64,000 nt of DNA from contig NC_090349.1 of NCBI RefSeq assembly GCF_035084215.1, forward strand, positions 21,266,001 through 21,330,000. The letters are read 5' to 3'. Both the position numbers and the translations under genes were made by a program. The stretch comes from Heptranchias perlo (Eukaryota). The notes beneath the pieces are model-generated. The model saw only the letters and a program-made list of their open reading frames with translations, did no database searches and was not told where the DNA came from. Positions 36,750 through 48,079 of this stretch are shown piece by piece; within the stretch, counting starts at the first letter, position 1; every line of letters starts with the position of its first letter.

Positions 36750-37080
36750 CTCCCCCTGGTAGCTTGGAGGATTGAGCCAGTGAACACTGAGCCCCATACA
36801 GATTAGGAAGGTTCAATCTCCAAATTGTGCTGAGTTAGCTGATTTCATCTGAACTAGCCTTAGCACCCAGAGTTAGGGAGTGGAAAATTGGCCAGGATTC
36901 CTTCTCCTGATCACTATTTGGTGACCCCTGCTGGAAGTGCATGTCTGTGGACATGAGGTGAATACAATAATCAGACTCAGCTGTGATGCTACCTGCAGTT
37001 GAATAGCCCCTGACATTAACAGTCAAAGCTCACATAACTCGTCACTTGCGTGAGGTATCAGAGGGCAACTGGCACATCTA
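36750..37080 (+). mobile_element. Old tRNA-derived SINE-like repeat; a related decayed copy lies at about 35600-35870
   Basis: Shared blocks CCATACA.AT.AGGAA.GTTC, CTG.TGGAAGT and GTCA.TTG....AGGTATCAGA.GGC between the two loci. Confidence 0.5.
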
Positions 37081-38124
37081 AAACTCCAACATGGAGTCAA
37101 GCTGTTCAGGGGAGGGGACAGATTGATGAGACGGTATACAGAAATTATGCATATTAATGCAGAATCCTGCAAGTATTCAACAGTGTCACAAACACTAATA
37201 GAGGAGAAACTGGTCAGCAAATTGTGGAAACTACAACTTGCCAGCTTCAAAAATTCTAGATCTTTTTCTAGCTTATACATCATTACCAAATATCTATAAA
37301 GCCTGAATAAAAAGAAAAAGGAACTCCAAAAGCTGGACAAAAATAGAACATGCCAGAAATATACAGACAAAAATGATTTGTGGTTAACAGGTTTATAATA
37401 AGAGGAGAAATAGTCATCAAACCCATTGTATCCATAAGGATTCAGTACTAAACCAGTTATCAAATAATATTTAGTAGTTTATATATTAGCAAAAAAAAAA
37501 TCAACCAAGCCAGCAAAAAGCCAACCACCCCCCACAGATCACCAGCTGTGGAAAAGTTCAGGACTACACTATCCTGCTCAACTTCCAGCTGAAGCAGGTG
37601 GCAAAACAAAGCAAACTTGACTACCGTCCATTATATATCTGCAATATTCTTATCTCAAATGCCTGCATTCTTACAATAAATTTATGCAATTTCCTCTTTT
37701 CCTTTCTGTAATTCATCAGTATTGCAGTTGCCCTGTATTTAATTTCTTGTCCATGCAAATCCCAAAAATCAGTGATCATATTAACCTCAAGAAAATAGAT
37801 GTTTGAACAGTAATTCTATCACTGCCACCATGAAGTCAAATAAAGAACTGGTGTGACTCACTACTATTGTATCTTTATTTACAGAGAATCAAAACTTATT
37901 CTATTTAAGAAACCAATCAGCAAAATACCACTTTTTATTTTGCATTATCTATACTGTGGTGCATTTCCACCTAGTTCAGAAAACTATGTTATTCAATATT
38001 ATTGATTGCTGTTAGCAGCTTAGCAGTAATTTTATTTCAGGATTTAATATAAAAACCCATTTTCTAGTTATCTGGATTATATTTTTTTTCTTTGCCTGAA
38101 TTTGACATCATTTCTTTATTTTAG

Positions 38125-38196
38125 CGAAAGTACAAAATTGAAACAGAAATCGAAAACTGGATCCAGAAATATGATGCTGACTTACAAGAAAAGCAG
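38125..38196 (+). CDS. IQCD: IQCD coding exon 3 ([24 protein letters not shown])
   Basis: TTTTAG| acceptor and CAG|GTATAT donor. [16 protein letters not shown] is the most conserved DRC10 motif. Too short to appear in the ORF track. Confidence 0.93.
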
Positions 38197-38982
38197 GTAT
38201 ATTTTATTGCATGGGACCATGAGATCTCTCTTGACAGAATAAGAAATGGACAGTAGAGGTTATAGTAGACATCTAATTAATAGTTTGACGATTCTTTTAC
38301 TATAGTTAATACTGGCACCAAAACAAATAACTGACTGGTACAGCATAATAAGAATTTTCTCTGAATTGCTTGTTTGAGTTTTCACGGTGAAATATTGGAT
38401 CTTGTAAGAGCCTGTGCCATAATAGGAAACATAATTACTACAACATTTACCCTTTTCCTGGTTTATGATATGGCAACAATTTATTTCACTTAGATTTTCC
38501 ACCTTTTGTAAAACACCAACATACTCAGCAAGTACATGTTAATCACTGAAACAAAAAGTAATAAGATGCTGATGCTGGTAAAGCTCATCAGCAGGAGAAT
38601 CCAGGGTGCTCTTACATGCTTCTAAGCACCCTGCAATACAGAGGGATTGGCAGAGCAATATGATTAACCTCTTAATCAGGAATGGTGAGAGAGATCTGTA
38701 AAAGGAGACAAAATACAAAATCATCCAATGAGATTTTAAAGGATGGAACTAGTCACTCATGAGAGATGTTCCTTGATGTTGGTTAACAGAGGTTGCAATG
38801 GAAAGATCACCAAAAGCCAATTTAAATTAGACTTTGAATCAAATACCCATTTAATTGCCACTGGGCTTGCATTTATATATAACAAAAAAACAGATCCATG
38901 TTAGTTTCCATAATGACCAAATACTCCATGCAGTGTTAATACCAATGGATTACTAAAATGTATTAAAAATGTGTTCTACCAG

Positions 38983-39255
38983 GATGAATATGAACACCTC
39001 GTTAAAATACACACTGAAGAAGCAGTTCTGCTCTCCGAGCTAGAAGAAAAGATTGGCATGCTTGAATCGGAATATATTCAGATTGTAGATGAAAGAAAGA
39101 TTAAGGAAAAGGAAAGAGAGGACAAACGGCGTCAAGTATACCTCATGGCCAGAGCAGCTGTCACCATCCAGGCTTTCTGGAAAGGTTACAAAGTACGCCA
39201 ATTGGTGAAAGGAATGAAAAAGAAAAAGAAGGGGAAACGCAAGAAGAAAAAATGA
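38983..39255 (+). CDS. IQCD: IQCD last coding exon, with IQ motif and Lys-rich tail
   Basis: CCAG|GAT acceptor; IQ motif AAVTIQAFWKGYKVRQ; ends KKKKKGKRKKKK-TGA. The spliced CDS totals 435 aa. Confidence 0.93.
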   Translation, partial: DEYEHLVKIHTEEAVLLSELEEKIGMLESEYIQIVDERKIKEKEREDKRRQVYLMARAAVTIQAFWKGYKVRQLVKGMKKKKKGKRKKKK

Positions 39256-39290
39256 AGGCAAGGAGATCCAAGGGCAGGGTGAAAAATATA

Positions 39291-39403
39291 AATAAAAGTA
39301 GCATGCATCCTCCCAAGTGTTTTCGTAAATCATTGAAATGTTTCCCTCAATTTTGTTATTGTATGCAGTAACATATCTTGTAGCCTCCAAAAATTAAAAT
39401 AAA
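39291..39403 (+). terminator. Candidate proximal polyadenylation signals of IQCD
   Basis: AATAAA at 39291-39296 and 39398-39403; the second is followed by T/GT-rich sequence (TTTTCTTGTGTGTGT). Confidence 0.45.
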
Positions 39404-40352
39404 TCTTCAACTTTTCTTGTGTGTGTATACATCATGCCCAGTAAGTTTGACACTGACCTCTGACATTGGTCAAATGGTGTATTTTTCTTATAAATGGTTA
39501 TTTTCTATTTTCCATTATTCATCATCATGTTAGACACAAACCTTTCTCCCAAATCACATTCTACCAAGAAGAATACCCAATAACATTGTGGCAAAAAATA
39601 TTCTCCAAAGATCGTCGCCACAACATAAAAGTTTTTCATAATAGTGTTACTTTAAATATTGTGAATTAACATATGCTCCTAGAAATAAAATGGAGAAATT
39701 ACCTGCACCTCTATTCACAGCATGCTCACATACAGGCGCCAGGGCTTCTGTGAGCCTCAAACTTGATATAAGTCCGTGCTCCATTGCATTCTCCACTGTG
39801 CTTTGTTTCCAGGCTTAAACTTTCAATTTTCTTTTTTTTGTAAATGAGTCCACCGCCAATCCGCTGGACAATCACCCCAATCTCAATCAGGTATCCACCC
39901 TCACACCAAGCCTTGGTGTGGCATCCACACCAGGCCATTCTGCACAGCCTGACTTCTTCAGCCTGCAAAGAATGTTGCAGGAGATCTGCTAATATATTTG
40001 AAGATCTAATAAAATGCACCATTCAGTATATGCACCTCATCTTTGGTCCGTAAACATGCAATAATTCACTTAGGAATATAATGATTCACAAAGGAGAAAA
40101 AGATTCATCCACAAAGTGATACATAATTTATTTGGTTTAATAAAAATTTGCGTAAATATATATTTCTGCCAATAACCCAAATATGATTTTCACTATATAA
40201 TTTTAAAATATACACAAGCAATTTCTGAGCACAAGTGCATTATCAGAATTGTATTCAATGAAAAAAAATTACAATATTTTAATAAATCATGTATTGATTT
40301 CAATGTGGGTTCCATTCTAAAATGTATAGGTAGGCGTCATACTGATGGAGAT

Positions 40353-40380
40353 TATATATATATATATATATATACACACA
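40353..40380. repeat. (TA)n(CA)n microsatellite
   Basis: About 11 TA units followed by 3 CA units. Confidence 0.9.
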
Positions 40381-40469
40381 AAATATGTTTATAGTTTAAA
40401 AAATAAGCTTTTGTGCTGAGAACTTGCAAAGTTATAAAATTACAATGTATCATGAAAGAAAAAAGATGT

Positions 40470-40815
40470 GGCATCTTACATATTGTCAGGATGTCCAAAA
40501 GTGCTTTATAGCCATGAATTGTAGGCAAACACAGCAGGCAATTTGCACACAGCAAGGTCCCACAAACAGCAATGAGATAAATGTTAGCCAGGACACCCAA
40601 AGAACTCTCCTGCCCTTCTTCATATAGTGTCATGGGATCTTTTACGTCCACCTGAGCAGGCAGAATGGAACTTGGTTTAATGTCTTTTTCAAAAAATGAG
40701 ATCGCCGACAGTGCAGCACTGAAGTGTCAGCCTTGATGATGTGCTCAAATCCTGTGGTAGGGCTTGAACCCGTGACCTTCTGACTCAGAGGCATAAGCAC
40801 CACTGAGCCGAGCTG
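40470..40815 (-). mobile_element. Deu-domain SINE, reverse orientation
   Basis: Reverse complement of the head (GGCTCAGTGG..GGGTTCAAGCCC) and of the core GTGGACGTAAAAGATCCCATG. Confidence 0.8.
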
Positions 40816-41667
40816 AACTAAATATTCACTTCATAAAAAGGAAAACTGCAGTAAACCAAGTATAAATTTTAGAAAACATCTTCTGCATTGTTGGAAAGGG
40901 GACAATAGATGTTAAACAAAGGCCAGCTCTTACCCCAGGGTGGGAAGAAAAGAAAAATTAACTAATTTAAAGAAAGTTAAATTGGGGTTTATTATCGAAG
41001 GAAACCCCTAGAGACTGCACAGTACTGATATAGGTAGATAAAAATGTAATCCTTGCTAACTTGGCAAAAAGAATTTTGTGCAAGTATTTGCCCTGCAGCG
41101 TCATGAAGCTCAGCTCCAGCAACATCAAGGATGGGCAGCATTGTTCACAGCCCACTATCTCCCGAGTAAATTTCAGAGGGGAAGAATAGTATTTTCTGCA
41201 TATCTTTTTAAAAACTCAGGCATGTTCTGATATCCCATCATTACATTGCCCATTTTGCGCTTTAGGCGCCATATGCTTTGTTTAATACAGGGAGGCACAT
41301 TTATAATAAATAAGGGATCAAGAGCTAATCAAAGCACAAGCCTTGAATTTGTTACTCAAGCTTTTCCATTCTATCATAGGCTTGCTGCAACTTTCATCAA
41401 TACTATTACTAGATTGATATTGGGACCTTACTATGCCTTTCACCATGCATTAGTTCCAATGGATTATTAGATCCTGGTGATCTGGTGAAGGGGAAAGAAC
41501 AAGAGTGGAGTTTTAATGTGGCAACACATTGCATCACTGCTGTATTACAAAAAATGTATTACATGTTTCCCCACCACCTGGAGTCTTTGAATCCTGCACT
41601 TCCATTTGCAGTGAAACAACAATCAACTCATTTTCATTATGAAAATATTCTGCTGAAAACTACTAGC

Positions 41668-42522
41668 ATAGGAACAGGAGCAGGCCGTTCAACCCCTCGA
41701 GCCTGTCTGCCATTCAATCAGATCATGGCTGAAATAGGTAGATAAAAACCTCAAATTTGAGGTACCTCAAATCCATTTACCCACCCTTGTTCCATAGCCC
41801 TTACCTAACAAAAATCTATTGATCTGAGTCTTGAAAATTTCAATTGACGCTTTTTTGGAGGTGGGCAGGGGGGGGCGGAAAGAGTTCCAGATTTCCACTT
41901 CACTTTGTGTGAAAAGGTGCTTCCTGATTTCACTCCTGAATGGCCTAGCTCTAATTTTAAGGTTATGCCCCCTTGTTCTGGATTTCCGCACTAGAGGAAT
42001 TTATTTCTCTGTATCTCCCTGTCGAATCCTTTTGTCATTTTTACCACCACAATTAGATCACCCCTCAACCATCTAAACTCTATGGAATGCAGGCCAAGTT
42101 TATTCAACTGTGCCTCATTATTGAATCTTTTAAGGCTGGTGTAATTCTGGTAAATCTGTGCTGTACCCCTCCAAGGTCAATATATCCTTCCGGAGGTGCA
42201 GTGCCCAGAACTGAATGCAGTACTCCAGATGGGGTCTGGAAGTGGGGTCTATACAACTGAGGCATAACTTCCTCCCCTTTGTATTACAGCTCCCTTGAGA
42301 TAAAGATCAACATTCCATTAGCCTTTTTGATTATTTTTTGTAACTGCCCATTAGCTTCTAATGATTTGTATACATGGACATCCAAATCTCTTTGCCCCTC
42401 CATAATTCCTAGTTTCTCACCATTTAAGAAAATATTCTCATGTGTCTTTCTTGGATCCAAAGTGAATAACCTCACACTTCCCCATATTTGAACTCCATTT
42501 GCCACAGTTTTGCCCACTCACT
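41668..42522 (-). mobile_element. Degraded CR1 3' fragment
   Basis: SRTRGHNLKIRARPF segment; 3' end CATAGGAACAGGAGCAGGCC. Confidence 0.85.
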
Positions 42523-42706
42523 TAAATGAACATGATTTAAGAAAAATATTCATAATTAATAGGATTTTCAACAATTCAACCAAAAGAAAAATATATAATT
42601 ATTTCATGGTCCTTAGAAATATGAAATGCAGCTACTTCCCTACTCCAAAGTGGCTTCACAAATACCACGGTCTCCTTTACATTCCCAATCTCATAAAATA
42701 TCAGCT

Positions 42707-43292
42707 TTAGTATTTCCAGGGTGGATTTAACTTGATGGAACCTGTTGTCTTGGGCCTGGATGAAACAGAATCTGACAGACTACCTGATTTCTGCCTATTG
42801 CATTGTTGTGGTCTGGAGTGTACAGCAAAAGCTGAAATTGGCCTACATTGCAACCGCTCTGTATTCCTAAGAGTATTCTGTGTGGAATCTGCTTTCATAA
42901 TCCTTTCTCCAGCATTGTGCATCCTGGTTAAAGACGGTGATCTTCCTCGAATAGAGGTGTCATTAGCAGAGTCGTTATCGCTATTTGGCCTCTTCCAGTA
43001 ATCTGTTTTACCTCTGTACTCAGCGATAAAGTCAGGAGATGATTCTCTTGTGGCTGGATAAAGCGGTTTCGCTGGATAAAGCGGTTTCACTGGATTTCCT
43101 TTGGCAGACGAGAACTGGGTACTACTAGAACAAAATGCATTTGAGCTAATTTTATGCATTGAAGGAGTCCACAGGAGTGGACGGATCTTTATTTTGTCTT
43201 CTTTTGCCGTCCATGGTGCCTCCCAGCCTGGGTCCTCTTGCTTTGGACCAAAAAGAGACTCATCACAGTAGCTGGGCATACAGCATTTTAAC
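42707..43292 (-). CDS. RITA1: RBPJ-interacting and tubulin-associated protein 1, last coding exon
   Basis: Acceptor TTTCTTTAACCAAG|G (phase 2) gives R-LKCCMPSYCDESLFG. Contains the RAM-like RBPJ-binding tetrapeptide LWTP and a C-terminal PPWK. Stop at 42707-42709. Confidence 0.92.
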
Positions 43293-44284
43293 CTTGGTTA
43301 AAGAAAGAAAACAGAATATAATATTAAATAAATGCACCAGAGGTCAAATACAACATTTTTTTTAAAACTACACTCCAGCTGTACTAGCTCTGCCTGAGGT
43401 TCATGTATTAAGATGGATTGTACTATTGTACATTTGCAATTTACGAAAGGTTTTGTAACACTGAGGAAATTTCTTAACCAATATTTCAGGATGGCTTTCC
43501 TCACTTGATACAGGATAAACTTCACTCTTTTGGATTAAACAGAATGTTTCCTGACATTGTTCCATCAGGTCAGCCAAATATTTGCAAAGACCATTAAGAA
43601 CATATATGCTGAACTAATGAACTACATGACTTGGCAAGACTGCTCAATGTGACTGGCCTCAAGAAATTACAAGCTATCAATACTATGATTGAAAGTAACC
43701 AGATTAAAATTGAGAACTAATCATGGCTTCATTATTTGAATGAAGTATTACCATAACTGTCATGCCCTCTACTGTATCACTATATTTCTGCAGATTAGTC
43801 AATGAAGGCATCTCTTTAAACTGGAATTCATTACATGATGCAGGAGTCATCATAAAATGTGACAAAACTACTTGGACTTGGCTTTGATATGAGGAAGATT
43901 ATTTTCTAATTCAAGAGTATTTGTTAAATTACATTTGGTACAAATGGTTTGGCCATTTTTTCAAAAGGTTGTTGTTTTATGATTTTAGAAATGCAAAATG
44001 CCAATTCTAAAGAAAGTAAAGACACTGAGTTATTGCTCAACAAAATAAATTGAAAGTAATTTGTAAAAACAAACACTGTATACTGCTGTAGAGTCTGGAT
44101 ACAATTCAGACAAGCTTTTATTTCTTGCCTTTTTCTTTTCTTATGCACAATTCCCTGGCTGAGAGGTGACTCGCATCCTTGCCTCCTTGAGTTAAGTTTC
44201 AATGGGTAGGAAAAGCCAGCAAATTATGCCAGTGTCATCCCATGAGTCACAAACTCAAACTTGTGTCCTGTCAGATGATAGACC

Positions 44285-47200
44285 GTAAGAGCAGGAGTAG
44301 GCCATTTGGCCCTTCGAACCTGCACCGCCATTTAATGAGATCATGGCTGATCTGATTTTTACCTCAACTCCACTTTCCCAACTTTTCCCCATATCCTTTG
44401 ACTCCCTTGCTGAACAAATATTTGTCTAACTCGGCCTTGAATGTATTCAATGACTCAGCCTCCACAGCTTTTTGGGGTAAAGAATTCCAAAGGTTCACGA
44501 CCCTCTGGGAGAAGAAATTCCTCCTCATTTCCGTCTTAAACGGACGACCCCTTATTCTGAGACTATGCCCCCAGTTTTAGAATCCCCCATGAGGGGTAAC
44601 ATCCTCTCAGCATCTACCCTATCGAGTCCCCTCAGAATCTTGTATGTTTCAATAAGATCTCCTCTCATTCTTCTAAACTCCAATGAGTATAGACCCAACC
44701 TGTTCAATCTTTCCTCATAAGACAACCCTTCCATACCTGGAATCAACCTAGTGAACGTTCTCTGAATTGCCTCCAATGCAAGTATGTCCTTCCTTAAATA
44801 AGGGTACCAGAACTGTACGCAGTACTCCAGGTGTAGTCTCACCAGCACCCTGTACAGTTGTAGCATGACTTCCCTGCTTTTATACTCCGTCCCCCTAGAA
44901 ATAAAGGCCAATATTCCGTTTACCTACTGCACCTGTACATTGACTTTTTGTGTTTCATGTTCGAGGACACCCAGATCCCTATGTACCGCAGCATTTTGTA
45001 GTATTTCTCCATTCAAATAATATTTTGCTTTTTTATTTTTCCTCCCAAACTGGATGACTTCACATTTTCCCACATTATATTCCATCTGCCAAATTTTTGC
45101 CCATTCGCTTAGCCTGTCAATATCCCTTTGCAGACATTTTGTGCCCTCATCGCAGCTTGCTTTTCCACCTATCTTTGTATCATCAGCAAATTTGGCCACA
45201 AGACACTCTGTTCCTTCAGCCAAGTCATTGATATATATTGTAAATAGTTGAGGCCCCAGCACTGATCACTGTGGCACCCCACTAGATACAGATTGCCATT
45301 TTGAAAATGACCCTTTTATCCCTACTCTTTGTTTTCTGTTAGTTAGCCACTCCTCTATCCATGCCAGTATATTACCCCCAACACCATGAGCTCTTATCTT
45401 GTGCAGTAATCTTTTATGTGGCACCTTATCGAATGCCTTTTGGAAATCCAAATATACTGCATCCAATGGTTCCCCTTTATCCACTCTGCCCGTTACTTCC
45501 TCAAAGAACTCTAATAAATTTGTCAGACATGATTTCCCCTTCATAAAACCATGTTGATTCTCCTTGATTGTATTATGAGTCTCCAAATGTCCCGCTACTA
45601 CTTCCTTAATAATGGATTCTAGCATTTTCCCAATGACAGATGTTAGGCTAACTGGTCTATAGTTACCTGCTTTCTGTCTCACTCCCTTCTTGAATAGGGG
45701 TGTTATGTTTGCGGTTTTCCAATCCGCTGGGACCTTTCCAGAATCTAGTGAATTCTGGAAGATTACAATCAATGCATCCACTATCTCTGTAGCCACTTCC
45801 TTTAAAACCCTTGGATGCAAGCCATCAGGTCCAGGGGACTTTTTCTCTAGTGATAGTAACTGTTTTTAGTTCCTCCCTCCCCTTTGCCCCTTGATTTTCT
45901 ACTATTATTGGTATGTTATTAGTGTCTTCTACTGTGAAGACAGATACAAAATATTTGTTCAATTCCTCTGCCATTTCCTTGTTTTCCATTATTATTTCCC
46001 CAGTCTCATCCTCTAAGGGACCAATGTTTATTTTAGCTACCCTCTTGCTTTCTATATATTTGTGGAAGCTTTTACTGTCAGTTTTTATATTTCTTGCTAG
46101 TTTACTCTCATAATTTATTTTCTCCCTCTTTATTATTCTTTTAGTCATCCTTTGCTGGTTTTTAAAGTTTTCCCAATAATCTTTGCCACGTTGTACGCTT
46201 TTTCTTTTAACCGGATATCATCCTTGACTTCCTTAGCTAGCCATGGTTGGTTCACCCTTTTTGTGGAGTCTTTCCTCCTCACAGGGATATATTTTTGTTG
46301 CAAGTCATAAAATATCTTTTTAAATGTTTGCCACTGCTTATCCACCATCATACCATCTAATCTGTTTACCAAGTCCACTTTAGCCAATTCTGCCCTCATT
46401 CCTTTATAATTGCCCTTATTTAATACAGTAGTTTCAGACCCAAGATCCTCGCTCTCAAACTGGATGTGAAATTCTATCATGTTATGATTACTGCTTCCCA
46501 AGGGATCCTTTACTTTGAGATCATTAATTAATCCTGTTTAGTTTCCCATTACCAAATCCAAAATGGCCTGTTCCCTGGTCGGTTCCCCGACGTATTGGTT
46601 TAAGAAACAGTCCCTAATACACTCTATGAACTCCTCCTCAAGGCTATTTTTGCCAATTTGATTTGTCCAATCTATGTGAAAGTTAAAATTGCCCATGATT
46701 ATTGCATTGCCTTTTTTACAAGCCCTCTTTATTTCCTGATTTATATTTTGCCCTACAGTGTAGCTACTGTTCGGGGGCCTATATACTACTCCCACCAGTG
46801 ATTTCTTTCCCTTGCTATTTCTTACCTCCACCCAAATTGATTCGACATCTTGATCTTCTGAGCCAAGATCATTTCTCACTATTATACCAATTTCATCCTT
46901 TATTAACAGAGCTACGCCACCAACTTTACCTTTTTTCCTATCCTTTCGTAATGTTAAATAACCCCGAATGTTTAGCTCCCGACCACGTCTCTGTAATGGC
47001 CATGAGATCATACCCATTTGTTTCTATTTGTGCCATCAATTCATCTATCTTATTACGAATACTGCGCGCATTCAGATAAAGAGCTTTAATTTTGTCTTTT
47101 TAACCATTCTTTCCTACCCGACCCCATTTGCTAGTGCACTCTTATGTTTGTACGCTCTGTCCCTTCCTGACACACTCTGTTTATCATTACCCCCATCACT

Positions 47201-47397
47201 TTCCTGTACTACTTCCTTGTCTTTTCTCTATCAATCTAAACTTCGCTCCACCTGAGCCATCCCCCCCTCTATTTAATTTAAAGCCTTCTCTACCACCCTA
47301 GTTATTCGGTTTGCCAGAACACTGGTCCCAGCATGGTTCAGGTGAAGCCCGTCCCAACGGAACAGCTCCCTCTTTCCCCAGTACTGGTGCCAGTGCA
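44285..47397 (-). mobile_element. CR1 LINE with full-span but frameshifted ORF2 and the 3' end of an esterase-type ORF1, in the RITA1 intron
   Basis: EN and RT motifs spread over ORFs 44552-47017. 47273-47397 translates to HWHQYWGKRELFRWDGLHLNHAGTSVLANRITRVVEKALN*. Confidence 0.93.
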
Positions 47398-48079
47398 TAA
47401 CACAACACTTTGGGAAACTTCTTGCAGGATCTTTAGTTTTTTAAAATAAAACTGGGAATAATAGATTGGGTTTAGTGCAAAGCACAAGACAGTTTTCATT
47501 TACTAACCAATGACAAACTCTTTGGCACCAGGTTAACCTTACAGAACGGGCAATAAAAGACTTCCTAAAAGTTTTAGGTCTATCTGGTGGCCCTCTGTCT
47601 CCTTGACATAATGGAACCCAACTCAGCATTATATGGACCAGGATAAAAAGATAGTACCAAGATTTTCTGAGTCATAAGAAAGTTAGACACCAAGTGCAGT
47701 ATAGCATCATCTCAAACACACAAACTAATGCCTCTTTTCTTTAATCAGTGGATAACCCAAATAACCCTTTCCATCTTTCTTTGAACAGGCATGGTCTTAA
47801 AAAATGAAGAAACAATTTCAACATTTGTTTAGAACGTCAGATTGAGGGCATGGCTAAATGTGATGAAGATTGTGAAAGACCGCAGGAGGCACAGATATGC
47901 TAGCAGGAGGGCAGATAGGAGACAGGTGCAGTTTAACATGGGAAAATGTGAAGTAATGCACTTTGGAAGTAAGAATAAGGAAAGGAAATACATATTAAAT
48001 GGTAAGATTTAAAATGGAGTAGAGCAGCAGAGTGTCCTTAGTGTGCAGATATTTACATTATTAAAGGTGGCAATGCAAG

